Assembly: GCF_004010195.1 (NCBI RefSeq)
Contig: NC_057718.1
Location: forward strand, 51,479,941 to 51,543,940
Direction: 5' to 3'
Length of the DNA stretch: 64,000 nt
Source: Chiloscyllium plagiosum
Lineage: Eukaryota
Below the pieces are notes generated by a model, which saw only the letters and a list, made by a program, of their open reading frames with translations, ran no database searches and was not told where the DNA came from. A program made the translations under genes and the position numbers. Shown here piece by piece: positions 1 through 13,310 of the stretch; position 1 is the stretch's first letter, and every line of letters begins with the position of its first letter.

Positions 1-49
1 TGAGCCCAGGGCTCATCCATTCCCATTGGCTTACTTTCTCTTTATATTA

Positions 50-640
50 TTTTCTTCTTTGTTACTTTTACTCTTTTCTTCATCTTCCTTTTTTTAAAGC
101 CTGGAGAGTGACGAGAAAGGAGCAGACCTTTGGCGACAGCAACAGCGGCAATAATACCAGGACGGCCAGGACACAGCTCCACCCCAGCCTGGGGTCTCAT
201 GGTGAGTGAGGAGCAGGTTTTCAAGCTGACTTCCCCAGTCCACACTGCTAGGCTGAGTCCAGGCTCTGGGTTCACAGCCAGGCCCAGGCACCTAAAGGAG
301 CAGAAGTATCGATGTTAGCAGCATTTTGGCGGCAGTGTCTGGAGGAGTGTCGAATGGGGAATATGAGGTATGGAATCCGCGTATCCCCAGGCCCGTGGTT
401 CAAGGTCTGATGCAGCGGTCACAGCAGTGGCGACAGTAGAGGCCCATTACAGAGATCCAGCAGTGGCTGGATGAGCAGCGGAGGAGGAGCAAGAAGAAGA
501 GAGAAAGATGAACCCTATTGCAGTAAAATCTTGCATTGTATTCAGTATTTCAAGATGGCCCTAGAGCGTGGTGGCAACATTTTGCATATAACATGCAAAG
601 AAACACTTTTAGTTGTATTTTTATCTACATATAACAACAA
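50..640 (+). mobile_element. Possible non-autonomous retroposon with a Rex1/Babar-like 3' tail
   Basis: GC-richer body, then CAAGATGGC and a decayed tail (acttttagttgta...tacatataacaacaa) resembling the tails at 45070-45121 and 63828-63899. Confidence 0.3.
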
Positions 641-1560
641 TGTTTTCAACACCAACTAGGAATAGGTCCAGCCATCGATGCTGATGTCCCATGAATTAAT
701 GAAAAAACAAAAGCTGCAAGGGTTTCCACTCCATCAGTGTGCAGTTGTCATGCAAACATAAAAGAGATTTATGCGTGTGTGCGGATGATTACCAGGCAGT
801 GGCACAATATTTTAATCTTGTGTCAAGCCCCCTGCCAGATCTCTTCACACCTCAAAGCAGCCTTAGAAGCTGACTGCTCAGAAATAGCTCCACCTCGGAT
901 GTGGCTGATAACTTCAATGCAACCCTGGGCTGATCAAATGAAAGCCACATCTCATCAAAAGCAGCCACCACAATGAAGATGCTTTTCAGGTGCATTCTTT
1001 AACACACACTCGCAGTGGCCTCCAAAATTATCTTGATGTACTGCGTTCTGCACACGGTTGTACAGCAGTGAGATTTGGATAATCAGAAGATGCAAACCAT
1101 AAATTTCCTGAAAGGAGGAGAGAGGACCAGTGGGGGAATTTGATGCAGCTGTTGTAACATTAAAGGTGCTGTTCACTAACTAGATGCCCTCATAATTCTG
1201 AGATCAGTCACGCCACATGGAAGCTACCTGGTAAAGTCATTTTCACTCACTCTGCTTTCACCCAACATAAAGCAGTGCTGTAATCAATCAAGCATCCCTT
1301 TCATAGCCACCCATTAGTCTGCATTCAGTCTTGTCATATTGTACATCATCACCACAAAGGTTACTTGCTAGGCAGGAAAAAAAGATAGGCATGACATCAA
1401 CCTGACACAAAACATATATTTATGACAACATCTTAGAACAGCTGCAAGACTCCATTTCTTTTATTGTGAAGTGTCATTGAGATCACAAAATGCATTGATA
1501 TACATAATGAGAACAAATGGGATTATAATGAACCTAAATAAGCAGATTGTCTAACAGTTT

Positions 1561-2196
1561 ATGACAAGGTGGGGGGAGGGGAAATGAGGAAATTGGAGAA
1601 ATCTGAGTTCATCCCTTGTGGTTGGAGGGTTCCTAGGCGGAAGATGAGGTGCTCTTCCTCCACCCGGACCAACCAACCCAACCACCTCGTGGCTCAACAC
1701 TTCAACTCCCCCTTCCACTCCACTAAGGACATGCAGGTCCTTGGACTGCTCCATCGCCAGACCATAGCAACACGACGGCTGGAAGTGCCTCATCTTCCAC
1801 CTAGGAACCCTCCAACCACAAGGGATGAACTCAGATTTCTCCAGTTTCCTCATTTCCCCTCCCCCCACCTTGTTTTAATCCCAACCCTCGAATTCTGCAC
1901 CACCTTCCTAACGTGCAATCTTCTTCCTGACCTCTCCGCCCCCACCCCCACTCCGGCCTATCACCCTCACCTTAACCTCCTTCCACCTATCGCATTTCCA
2001 ACGCCCCTCCCCCAAGTCCCTCCTCCCTACCTTTTATCTTAGCCTGCTTGGCACACTCTCCTCATTCCTGAAGAAGGGTTCATGCCGAAACATTGATTCT
2101 CCTGCTCCTTGGATGCTGCCTGGCCTGCTGCACTTTTCCAGCAACACATTTTCAGCTCTGATCTCCAGCATCTGCAGTCCTCAATTTCTCCTAACA
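1561..2196 (+). mobile_element. Penelope-like element 3' fragment (GIY-YIG C-terminus, 3' UTR, HHR) with a 5' inverted segment
   Basis: Peptide TNQPNHLVAQHFNSPFHSTKDMQVLGLLH; arms ~1564-1657 and ~1781-1873 are inverted; HHR-like CTGAAGA(2068-2074)..GAAAC(2087-2091); possible TSD aacagttt 1553-1560/2197-2204. Confidence 0.8.
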
Positions 2197-2311
2197 AACA
2201 GTTTTCCAAATATATGAATCAATTGATTGTGATTGAATTAAATTGGAACAAATCCCTAATAAAAATCGGTATCTTTCTAATTACAGAAAGGTAGGTTTAG
2301 TAAAGTTAATG

Positions 2312-2400
2312 CTGAAAATGTGTTGCTGGAAAAGCGCAGCAGGTCAGGCTGCATCCAAGGAGCTGGAGAATCGACGTTTCGGGCATGAGCCCTTCTTCAG
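2312..2400 (-). mobile_element. Solo PLE terminal repeat with an intact minimal HHR core
   Basis: Minus strand reads CCTGAAGAAGGGCTCATGCCCGAAACGTCGATTCTCC; TSD gtaaagttaatg (2300-2311) / gtaaagtcaatg (2401-2412). Confidence 0.8.
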
Positions 2401-2574
2401 GTAAAGTCAATGTCAAATTATCTGAAATAATAAGATCCAAGAGCACATTTCAAATGCTATAGAGATTATCTAAGTTGATGGTAGTGATCTTCAACTTCTC
2501 CAACAATTCCCTTTCGAAAAATCAGGGAAGAAACTGAGCTAACTCATTAACCTAACACTAAAGCCTTACAATAA

Positions 2575-2662
2575 AAGTAAAATACTGCAGATTTGAGAGA
2601 CCTGAAATAAAAGCTGACAGTGCTTGAGAAACTCAGCAGGTTTGGATAGGAAAACAGAGGTC
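2575..2662 (-). mobile_element. Decayed PLE 3' terminus
   Basis: aaatactgcagat...ctgaaataaaa...gagaaactcagcaggt resembles the reverse complement of 21660-21745. Confidence 0.5.
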
Positions 2663-3298
2663 ATACTACATTCAAGTTTAATGTGTTTCATTCAAGATTG
2701 CCAGACAGAAGTAACTAGATGAAACTGTTGGCTTCACAGTGATCTCATGTTTCCTATGCTGCAAAGTTCTATTGACTGTGATTCCATTCCTTAGATTCCA
2801 AAACGTTTGTGAGATAATGGAAGGAAATGCAAAGCAGTCTTAATGCCATCATTCTGCACCAATCCACTGTACCATCAGCATTTTGTGGCAACATGACAAA
2901 CCAGAGTGTGACTATTGCGCAATCGCAAAAGGCGTACTGCCAGTGTCTATTTGGTATTGTTACTGTTGGGGAAAAAAATGTTTCCTTACATTTGTTGGTT
3001 TCCAGTCTGAAGGAACCTATCTTCCAGAATCCAATGACTTTTGGAAAATTAACAAGAATGTATCTTGTATCTCATTAGCTACAACTTCTAACACACTAGG
3101 ATGAAGATCATTAAGGCCCAGAAACTTAACAACACACAGCTGCATCAGTTTTCTGAGTACTGCTTCTGTAGTGGTGAAGATGTTCAACTAGTTCCTGTCT
3201 TCCTTCAACCTCCTGATTTACAGACATTATTAAGTTGCTTTTTTGTGTCCTCAATATTGAAGAGGAAGCAAAGTATTTATCCGTTGCATCTGCCATTT

Positions 3299-6103
3299 AG
3301 AGTCAGAGAGATGTACAGCATGGAAACAGACTCTTTGGTCCAACTTGTCCATGCCGAACAGATATCCCAACCCAATCTAATCCCACCTGCCAGCACCTGT
3401 CCCATATTCCTTCAAACCCTTCCAATTCATATACTCATCCAGATGCCTTTTAGATGTTGCAATTGTATTAGCCTCCACCACATCCTCTGGCAGCTCATTC
3501 CATACACGTACCACCCTCTGCCTGAAAATGTAGCCCCTTAGGTGGCACAATGGTTAGCACTGCTGCCTCACAGCGCCAGAGACCCGGGTTCAATTCCCAA
3601 CTCAGGCGACTGACTGCGTGGAGTTTGCACATTCTTCCCATGTCTGCGTGGGTTTCCCCCAGGTGCTCCGGTTTCCTCCCACAGTCCAAAGATGTGCAGG
3701 TCAGGTGAATTGGCCATGCTAAATTGCCCGTAGTGTTAGGTAAAAGGGGTAAATGTCGGGGAATGGGTGGGTTATGCTTCGGCGGGTCGGTGTGGACTTG
3801 TTGGGCCGAAGGGCCTGTTTCCACACTGTAAGTAATCTAATTTAATCTATATCTTTCCCCTCTCAACCTAAATTTATGCTCTCTAGTTCTGGATTCCCAC
3901 ACCCCAGGGAAAAGACTTTGTCTATTTATCCTATCCATGACCGTCATAATTTTGTAAACCTCTAGAAGGTCACCCCTCACCTTCTGACGCTTCAGGGAAA
4001 ATAGCTCTTGCCTATTCAATTTCTCCCGATAGCTCAAATCCTCCAACCCTGGCAACATCCTTGTAAATCTTTTCTGAACCCTTTCAAGTTTCACAACATC
4101 ATTCCAATAGGAAGGAGACCAGAATTGCACACAATATTCCAACAATGGCCTAACCAATGTCCTGTACAGCCACAACATGACCTCCCAATGCCTCTACTCA
4201 ATACTCTGACCAATAAAGGAAAGCTTACCAAATGCCTTCTCCATTATCCTATCTACATGTAACTGTACTTTCAAGGAGCTATGAACCTTCACTCCAAGTT
4301 CTCTTTGTTCAACAATACTCCCAAGGACCTTACTATAAATGTATAAGTGCTGCTAAGATTTGCTTTCCCAAAATGCAACATCTCACATTTATCTAAATTA
4401 ACCTCCATCTGCCACTTTTCAGCCCATTGCCCATCTGATCAGATCCTGTTGTAATCTGAGGTAACCTTCTTTGCTGTCCACTACACCTCCAATTTTGGTG
4501 TCATCTGCAAACTTACTAACTATACCTCCTATGTTCACATCCAAATCATTTAAATAAATGATGAAAAGTAGTGGACCCAGCACCGATCCTTATGGCACTC
4601 CACTGTTTACAGGCCTCTAGTCTGAAAAACAACCATCACCACCCCTTGTGTTCTACCTTTGAGCCAGTTCTGTATCCAAACGGCTAGTTCTCCCTGTATT
4701 CCATGAGATCTAACCTTGCTAACCAGTCTCCCATGGGGAACCTTATCGAACACCTTACTGGATCCATATAGATCACATCTACTGTTCTGCCCTCATCAAT
4801 CTTCTTTGTTACTTCTTCAAAAAACTCAACCAAGTTTGTGAGACATGATTTTCCACGCACAAAGCCATGTTGACTATCCCTAATCAGTCCTTGCCTTTCC
4901 AAATACATGTACATCCTGTCCCTCAGGATTCCCTCCAATAACTTGCCCACCACTGACATCAGGTTGATAGTTTCCTGGCTTGTCCTTACCACCTTTCTTA
5001 AACAGTAACACAACGTTAGCCAACCTCCAGTCTTCCGGCACCTCATTTGTGACTATCGATGATACAAATATCTCAGTAATCACTTCCTTAGCTTCCCACA
5101 GAGTTCAAGGGTACACCTGATCAGGTTGTGGGGATTTATCCACTTATATGCATTTCAAGACATTCAGCACTTCCTCCTCTGTAATATGGACATTTTTCAA
5201 GAAGTCACTATCTATTTCCCTAAATTTTATGTCTTCCATGTCCTTTTCCACCGTAAATACTGATGCAAAATACTTGTTTAGTATCTCCCCCATCTCTTGT
5301 GGCTCCAAACAAAGGCCGTCTTGCTGATCTTTGAAGGGTCCTATTCTCTCCCTCGTTACCCTTTCGTTCTTTATGTATTTGTAAAAACCCTTTAGATTCT
5401 CCTTAACTCTATTTGCCAAAGTTATCTTATGTCCCCTTTCTGCCCTCCTGCTTTCTCTCTTAAATATACTCCTACTGCCTTTGTACTCTTCTAGGGATTC
5501 ACTCGATCTATCCTGTCTACACCTGACATATGCTTCCTTTTTTTTGTTAACCAAAACCTCAATTTCTTTAGTCATTCAGCATTCCCTGTACCTACCAATC
5601 TTTCCTTTCACCCTAACAGGAATATACTTTCTCTGGACATTCGTTATCTCATTTCTGAAGGATTCCCATTTTCCAGCCGTCCCTTTACCTGTGAACATCT
5701 GCATCCAATCAGCTTTTGAAAGTTCTTGCCTAATACCGTCAAAATTGGCCTTTCTCCAATTTAGAACTTCACATTTAGATCTGGTCTGTCCTTTTCCATC
5801 ACTATTTAAAACTAATAAAATTATGGTCACTGGCCCCAAAGTGCTCCCTCACCTCAGTCACCTGACCTGCCTTATTTCCCAAGAGTAGATCATGTTTTGC
5901 ACCTTTTCTAGTTGGTCCATCCACACAGTGATTCAGAAAATTTTCTTGTACATACTTAACAAATTCCTCTCCATCTAAACCCTTAACACTATGGCAGTTC
6001 CAGTCTATGTTTGGAGAATTAAAATCCCCTACCATAGCCACCCTATTATTCTATCAGATAACAGATCTCCATACAAATTTGTTTCTCAATTTCCCTCTGA
6101 CCA
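3299..6103 (-). mobile_element. 5'-truncated CR1 (HER1-like) LINE, ORF2 (APE endonuclease-RT) pseudogene
   Basis: ORF fragments MVGDFNSPNIDW, VPEDWRLANV, SQHGFVRGKSCLTNL, YRTLVRPLLEYCVQFWSP, LERVQKRFTRMLPG; many frameshifts; TSD gccattt 3292-3298/6104-6110. Confidence 0.92.
3541..3848 (+). mobile_element. HE1 SINE (tRNA-derived V-SINE) nested in the CR1
   Basis: A/B-box head (tggttagcac...gggttcaattcc), V-domain gtgtctgcgtgggtttcc, CR1-like tail gaagggcctgtttccacactgta, (taatc)n end. Confidence 0.92.
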
Positions 6104-6750
6104 GCCATTTCTTTTGTAACTCCCCATTCTCACCCTCCAGAGGACCAACACTCAATTTGCTTACTTTTTTTTCATTTTAGATTATAAAAGAAACTCCTAC
6201 TATCTGTTTTTATGTTTGTAGTCAGCTTTCTCTCATGCTGTATATTATTTGTCCTGATTAACCATTTTCCCATTCTCTACCATTCTTTGTATTCTGACAA
6301 GCCCTCTGATGTATCAATCATTTGTCTGGATTTTGCTTTTCTCCTTAAGTTTCATGTTTTCTTACATTTTCTCGTTTCGCATTCACGGTAGGTCCTTCCC
6401 TTGGACTTTTTTTTTGAATTAGAATTGTACCTATTCTGAGAATTCCGAAATATCCCTTTAAATGTCTTCCACTGCTTTTCTACTGATCTATCTCCTTGCC
6501 TTGAATTCCACTTTACTTCATTTAGTTCAGTTTTTATATCCATATAATTGTCCATATTCAAGTTTAAAATACTAGCCTTCGATCCATTTTTCTACCTTTC
6601 AACTGGATATAAAATTGAATCATTATTATTGCTGATACCTAAAGGTGCTTTTACTCTGAGATCATTAATTAACTCTATCATATTGCACAACATGAAATCT
6701 AGTATAGTGTACTCTCTGGTCAGTCCCAGATGTCCTGCTCTAAGAAGTTA

Positions 6751-7174
6751 CCATATGTACTCAAGTAATAGCCGATTTCATGTAAAAGTCAACACCCTAT
6801 TTTTAGCCAAATAATCTGGAATTTTCCATATATCTCATGTAAAAGCTCTTCACAGATAACAGATCAATGTTTATGAGTCAATGAGCTGGTCATCACATCC
6901 CGCGCCAGCTTTCCAGGTTCCGGATGTTCCACTCCACTCCCGGCCTTCCAATCCACTTGCTGCAGTGTTCCTCTCTGGGTTTTCAGAATTACTATAATTC
7001 AATTTTTAAAAAATTATTCATTTAGAGATCAATTGGGCTGCTGCTAATGATATGGTATGAATTTTGTTGGGCTTGAATTTCAGCCCCTCAAAAGTAGTAT
7101 CCATGTAATAGTCAATCCCATAAATTTAACCTTAAAATCGTCAAAAAATTCAACTATTAGTTGAGTATATACAG
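6751..7174. mobile_element. Non-autonomous Tc1/mariner-pogo (Tc2-like) MITE
   Basis: Imperfect TIRs ccatatgtactcaagtaatagccga / tcaactattagttgagtatatacag; TA TSD at 6749-6750 and 7175-7176; subterminal catgtaa(a/t)ag repeats. Confidence 0.7.
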
Positions 7175-7489
7175 TATCTTGAAAGCATTCTATAATTCAC
7201 CCATTATATTGCCATCGCTTTAATACAAGCACTCAATGTTTCTTCTTGGATAGGATCCCCTTGAATCATGGACAGTCTTATTGACTGTCATAGCCTTGAT
7301 TTCATGTTCCTCGTTCATTCCAGAAATTGTGTACCCTCCAATTCTCTTGACTGTGCCCACTATTTAGATTTCATGGTGCCTTTAAAATTATACTTTAGCA
7401 TATCTTAAAGCAAGAGCTTTGTTCCATGCACAGTGTTTGTGGGCTGCTTTGTGGCTGCACATCTGCATAGTTTAGACACACATAAATAC

Positions 7490-7706
7490 CAGGAGAAGGT
7501 GAGGACTGCAGATGCTGGAGATCAGAGCCGAGAGTGTGGTGCTGGAAAAGCGCAGCAGGTCAGGCAGCATCTGAGAAACAGGTGAGGAATCGGCTAATCC
7601 AAGAATCAACCCATTCCTGATGAAGGGCTTCTGCCTGAAACTTCGATTCACCTGTTCCTCAGATGCTACATGACCTGCTGTGCTTTTCCAGCACCACACT
7701 CTCGAG
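7490..7706. mobile_element. Fold-back PLE-terminus mini-element with HHR motif
   Basis: Inverted arms with the tail on the left; + strand CTGATGA(7617-7623)AGGGCTTCTGCCTGAAACTTC; TSD acataaatac 7480-7489/7707-7716. Confidence 0.8.
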
Positions 7707-9149
7707 ACATAAATACGACACTCCTTTAGCCCAACAGAACTTATGCTCCCAATGTGTAGCTGTAACAACAGAAACTCTGTACCATCAATTAATCTTATAA
7801 CGTTCCTTCACAATATTTCCCCCTTACTAAGACTATTGAATGAATAAGACTAATATCTGAATTTCCATTATGCAGTCTTCGCAGGTGAAGCTCTTTTTCA
7901 TTACTTCAAGTCTGCAAAAATACCTTGATGGTCAACAAGAGGCACAGGCTGCTATTAACATGGGAGCAGCAAAACGACTAAAAAGCCTCTCTACTTCTGT
8001 TTCAGAGCGATGGTTCAGACAATGATTACTTTGTAATTACACCAGCTGTTTAGATTTTCTCAAAACAAATCTCATAATCTATCCTATTATTAGGCACAAG
8101 ATTTAATCACAGACATATATATCTTTATAAATATACATATATTTGGTTGACCATGCAAAGAAATCAATAGGTTGGTCTCGGGACTTCATCCATCTAAAGC
8201 CTGAATCAATGGTGCACTGTCATCATGGTAATGTGTCTGGACAGGCTTCTAACAACACTTCTTAACAGCAGAACTGGTTACACACCACATATTGCCACTT
8301 CAGACTTGCAGGGCAACTGGAGTGTCAGCTCTGATGCTCTCTTGTTTAATGTTGCAAAATTAAGTTTCAGTGAAAAATCTCAATCCTGTTTAAATGGCAA
8401 ACAAGGGAATATGTCTGACTTCCAGTCATTCAAAAATCATTAAACTTCCTAGAATTCATGCTGAATTTTAATTATTCCCTGTTTTCTTTCAGTGATGACT
8501 ACACAATGTTTTACAGCCTTACATGGATAATGAGACCATAATCTGGAGTTACATAGATTTACAACTGAGCTTTGCAACCCACAAGTTTGTATTATAATGA
8601 AGGATGCACATTTGAAAAATCATAACTTGTCTTTCTCTTTGTGGATGTTGACTGATATATTCGATACTTCTATTTCTCTGCTTTCAATTCAGATTACCAT
8701 TCTTTTGTCTGTCTTTGATATTTTTCACTGCATCCCTGTCTGTTTTCTCAATGCTTTGTTCTATTTTAACCAGTAGCACTTTCCATGGAGGACTCTTCTA
8801 TTCAAAGTTCCCATAACAGAGAAGTTAGAAATCAGTGTTGATGAATAACAATTATTGTTAAATTGCTATTCTTTATATAAAAATAAGTTTGTTAGTGCAG
8901 AAGTATTTTGAGACATGCAATGTAAGCAGACCAAAGCTATAAGAAATAAACACTTAGTCTGCTTTAAGGAAGCAGTCATACATAGAATGTACAGTGTGTT
9001 TTTTGTCTGCTACAACAGGAAAGCTTAACAAAACTTTGATAGAAAGTCAAGCTCCATAGTTACAATAGTTCTGTATCATTCAATTCACGGACATCAGCTA
9101 GAATAGCAACAACTTGCTTTTAACATAATAACCATTTTACAGCCTCTGT

Positions 9150-9880
9150 CCAAATATGAACAGAAGAGCTGAACTCAATATGGGAAGTGAGTGTGACTGC
9201 CTTCGACCTTAAGACAGCATTCACTTGAGTCCGGTATTAAGGAACCCTGCCAAAACTGAAGAAGTCAGGAATCAGTTAAAAACTTTCTGATGGTTAGAGT
9301 CATGCAAATCATAAAGAAAAGTGATTGTGATAGTTGGAGATCAATCATCTCAGCCCAGGATGTCATTGTCAGATTTTAGGATCACGTCCTAGGCCCACAG
9401 ATCTTCAACTGCTTCATAGTCACTGCAGAACTTGGACAACATCCAGGTTTGGGTTGACAACTGACAGGTTACAATCATGACAAGTAAATATCATTCTGTT
9501 TCATCTTGTTAAGAATGGTGAAGACACTTCCCTAACTTCCAAGCAGCATTACAACTAAAACTCCCACCATCAACATCTAAGAGGTCACCAGGCACCAAAT
9601 TTTTAATCGTACTAACCAAATCAATTGTGTGCCTTTTAAAGCAGCCCCTTTGACATTCCCAAGGCTCAAGTTATGTTGTTCAACACTTGCCTAGAGAGAA
9701 GCTGCTAGAACCCTCAAGAAGCTTAACATCATTAGATGCAGCAGTTCCCTTGATCAGTATCCCTTTTGCTGGACTCAATTTCTGTCCCTGTATCACTACC
9801 ACACTGCATCATGGAATAACAGAAACTAGCCAATATTACTTCAATTATTTGTGTCCCCCTAAATTGGAAAACTGCAATAA
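9150..9880 (+). mobile_element. Decayed CR1/L2-group LINE RT fragment
   Basis: gtgactgccttcgaccttaagacagcattc (VTAFDLKTAF, RT motif) and ctaggcccacagatcttcaactgcttcat (LGP.IFNCFI). Confidence 0.6.
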
Positions 9881-12139
9881 GATTTGCAAATAATACATAC
9901 TGGTGAAACTCATCCTATACACATCAAAATGGAGTTCCATATAACTCGAACATTCAATTCCAAGCATTTCTTTACCGAGTTTTCCCTCTGGGCAGCCATG
10001 TTGGCTGCTTCCAACAAGACCATAGCAATCATGGACACAATACACCCCAAATCACAGTTGCTGGCACATAGTTCCAATCTTTCCATTGTACATTCTGTGC
10101 ACTGAACCACAGCAATATTAATTCCACCGAAAAATGAAACTGATGTTTGGGAATTCTGTAACTTAATCAAAGCGTACCTCTAGTGCGATGAATATTTGGT
10201 TGACCTGATTTATCATTAACTGCTCACTTAGTGTAAAATAAGAACCTTTTTAATCAGGTCACCTTTATTGTAATGCTTTGCATGGTACAGTGCTAATGTA
10301 ATAACAGAATAAATATGCTTATAATGAATGTTTCACTGTGTTTTATGTTGAAATAAGGGCCTCAGAGCTAATTAAAGCATGAGGTGTATCCTTCTGTTTT
10401 AATTAGCTTTCTCTCTTCCATTTCAGAATAAAACTTGCTGGAATGTTCAATGGCCCGTTAAAAGATATATGCTTTATCTTAGCATCAGAATCAGAGTTTT
10501 CATCATGGATTATTGATTTCTTTTCAATCTACAAAATTTCAAGATATAACATTTTCATAACTTGTAGATTGAAGACTGCTTCTCTTCATTTACACCAATT
10601 CTTAAATGCTAGTGATGAAATGTTCATAATTTTCGAGTAGATCACCAAAACAAAAAAATTCTCCCCCCACGATAAGCACGTGAACAATTTGAATAGCTAG
10701 CAGTGTTGGGGAGGATTTTTGTGAGGTGAAATTGTGAAAGTTAAAGAAAAATCACAAGGCAATAGGACAGGATAGTAATGCTGGTAATGATAACCACAGT
10801 TTAACGGGAAGAGACAGAGTGTACAAAAATAAGAGTTCTTGAGCAAATGTCATCAAATTAGGATATAAATGCCTTTAAACTAACAGAAGTTGAATAAGGT
10901 TAGGTAAAAGAAGACTTAGAAATAAAAAAAACGTGGAAGCTACAGCAAAGGATACTGAAGTGGTCAAAGACAAGCTGAGTGGCACAGATAGGGATAGAGT
11001 GCAAAAGTCAATGCTGGGAATGATAGTATAGAAATAAATGAAGTCACTATATTTGAGAATAATCTTATCTGCAATAAGATCGATGAATCAGTGGAACAAA
11101 ATAGAGATTAATGGTTTGAATGGAAATTACAATTAAAGAGAACATTGTAGCCAAACTTCTGTGGAGTTGCAAGGACTCCTAGGTCATTTAAAAATGCTAG
11201 TCAGATCTGATTCCATAATTTCCACTCACATTCCTAGCAATTCTAAGTTGAGCCAATTATTTCATGACTGTTGATTTATGCCCATAAAAGGAGTTGTACA
11301 CTGTAGTATGGGTACATGAGCATTTTGGAAGTTACCTTTAAAATATGTTACAAATACTACCATGCCCCTTCATGCCAAACCAATGCCAACTTATGCCACA
11401 CACTCACCCAAATGGCTCATCTTACTCTCCATTCCAATAACTGGTCCTTCCTTTCCATTTAGTCGATATACATTACATGTAAAAGCAATGCACACTATCA
11501 TACTAAGGATTTAAACAAAGCTGGCTGTCTTACAACCCTATGTAAACATCAATAAAGCAGAGCATTAAATTATCAATAACAAGTTTTAAATAAATTACTT
11601 CGTAACACTAGGCAGGTAATCATTGAGACATTGACAAAAGATATCACAGAGATAAACAAATTATTATTACCTCATGGAGACATCAGTCAAACAAAGCTAG
11701 TGCTTCTCTATGCCAGTGTAAAGAAACTCACACACATAATTCGGTTACAAGGTTCTGGGATCTCATCCAAACATGTGTAACAAAGCTTTACGGATTAATA
11801 GGCATGAGTTGGAATTGAATTGGTATTGCCACATGAAGATGGCCTGGGGAGTGCGGGAGGGATGATGGATAGGAAAGGGTGAGCGCTAGATTTTTTAAAA
11901 TGTAAGTAAACACATCGCAAAATCCAAGAGAAATGTGGTAGCCTTTTAACCAGCCCACCTCAGCAATTATTTGTCTTTGTAAAAGACTCTAATCTGCTTT
12001 TGAGGGCAGAGGGAAACAGGACAAAAAAAATCGAAGTTTTCAATAAAAATACATTTCATTGATAAACAGAAGTTCAGCCAGAAAGATCCATCCATATGTT
12101 ACTCGTATACAAGCATTGTATTACATTAAAAGATTAAAA

Positions 12140-13310
12140 TTTGGAAAGACCATTAGTAAGCCTAAAGATTGAGACGGTTTTACAAATCAGCAAAGGGCCC
12201 ACAAAACATTGATATAAAAGGTAAAAAATAGAATATGAGAGTAAAATAACCTTCAATATGAAAATAGATCTTGTGAGCTTTACAAGTACATATAAAAGTT
12301 GGGGGAGGGTAGCTAAATATTGGTCTCTTAGAAGAAGAAACAGGAGAAATTCCTATGGGAAATAGACAAGTTATATATCAGAAAGAGGGTTGTAAAGAAG
12401 TGAACAATAATGGGAATTTATGATAATTAATATGACCAAAGAGAAAAGTACTGGAGACATTCAAGAGAAGGCTTGGAAAGGTTGGATTTGTCGCTATTAG
12501 AGTTTAGAAGAATGAAAGGTTGTCTAATTGAAACATTTAAGCTTCGGAATTTACTTGACAAAGGGGATGCTGACAAAGGAATTACATGATATCAGGGTTA
12601 GCAGAAAAGTTGAATTGAGGCCATATTTAGATCAGCAATGTTCATATTGAATCTCACAGAAAGTGGTCAATTCCTGCTCCTCATTCCTGAGTTTGTATGT
12701 TTCACAATAAAATCTAACAAAATGTACCAGGAACTAATAGACCATACAACAGGGTGCAGAGATAGTGTTTGCACTGACTATAATTTTCCAAATTCCCTGG
12801 ATTCTGGAAGAAAAGATACTGAGTTTGCAAATGCGACAAAACTATTCATGAAACAAAGGTGTGAGAAAACAGAGAACTACTGGCTAGTTAGCCTGACATG
12901 GGTCATTGAATAGCTCCTACAATCTGTTACAAAGAAAGTCTTGACCATGCAATAGTATGATGACAACAAATCAACAAGATTTTATGAATGTGAATCCCCT
13001 TATTTATTGGAGTTACTTGAGATTATAACTAACTGGGTAAATAAAGGGGATCCAGTGGATGTCGCAATCTTGGGATTCCAATAGGCATTTAATAATTTGC
13101 CACATAAAAGATTAATGTGTAGGGGAAAAGCTAATGGAGTTGGGGGTGTTATATTAGAATGAATAAGGGATTGTTTAATAGTCAAGAAGCAGAGTGTAGG
13201 CATAAGTAGGCATTTTCAAATTGGTAGGTTGTGATTAGAGAAGTGCAACAAGGATCAGTGCCGAGACACCTGCTACTTACAATCTATATTAATGACTTAG
13301 ATGAATAACA
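12140..13310 (+). mobile_element. Cluster of decayed CR1 fragments (linker, 3' end, RT core)
   Basis: NYWLVSLT-like motif; gatccagtggatgtcgcaatcttgggattccaataggcattt (DPVDV..L.FQ.AF); gtgcaacaaggatcagtg (V.QGSV). Confidence 0.65.

Larger units (their letters stand above)
2820..7270 (-). mobile_element. Old, decayed CR1 LINE split into ~2820-3298, 6104-6750 and 7175-7270 by younger insertions
   Basis: CR1 ORF2-like remnants (e.g. SVEKQWKTFK) that join across the insertions: atctgccattt|cttttgtaactcccc and aagaagtta|tcttgaaagcattc. Confidence 0.6.

Noticed and set aside
1551..2042. Two opposite-strand ORFs with identical N-termini
   Set aside because: Artefact of the inverted repeat in a PLE fragment, not a gene pair
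3541..3615. tRNA-like A/B boxes in HE1 heads
   Set aside because: These are SINE heads, not tRNA genes; no complete cloverleaf
9910..10170. Minus-strand ORF MERLELCASNCDLGCIVSMIAMVLLEAANMAAQRENS
   Set aside because: Protein-like, but unrecognised and with ambiguous splice sites
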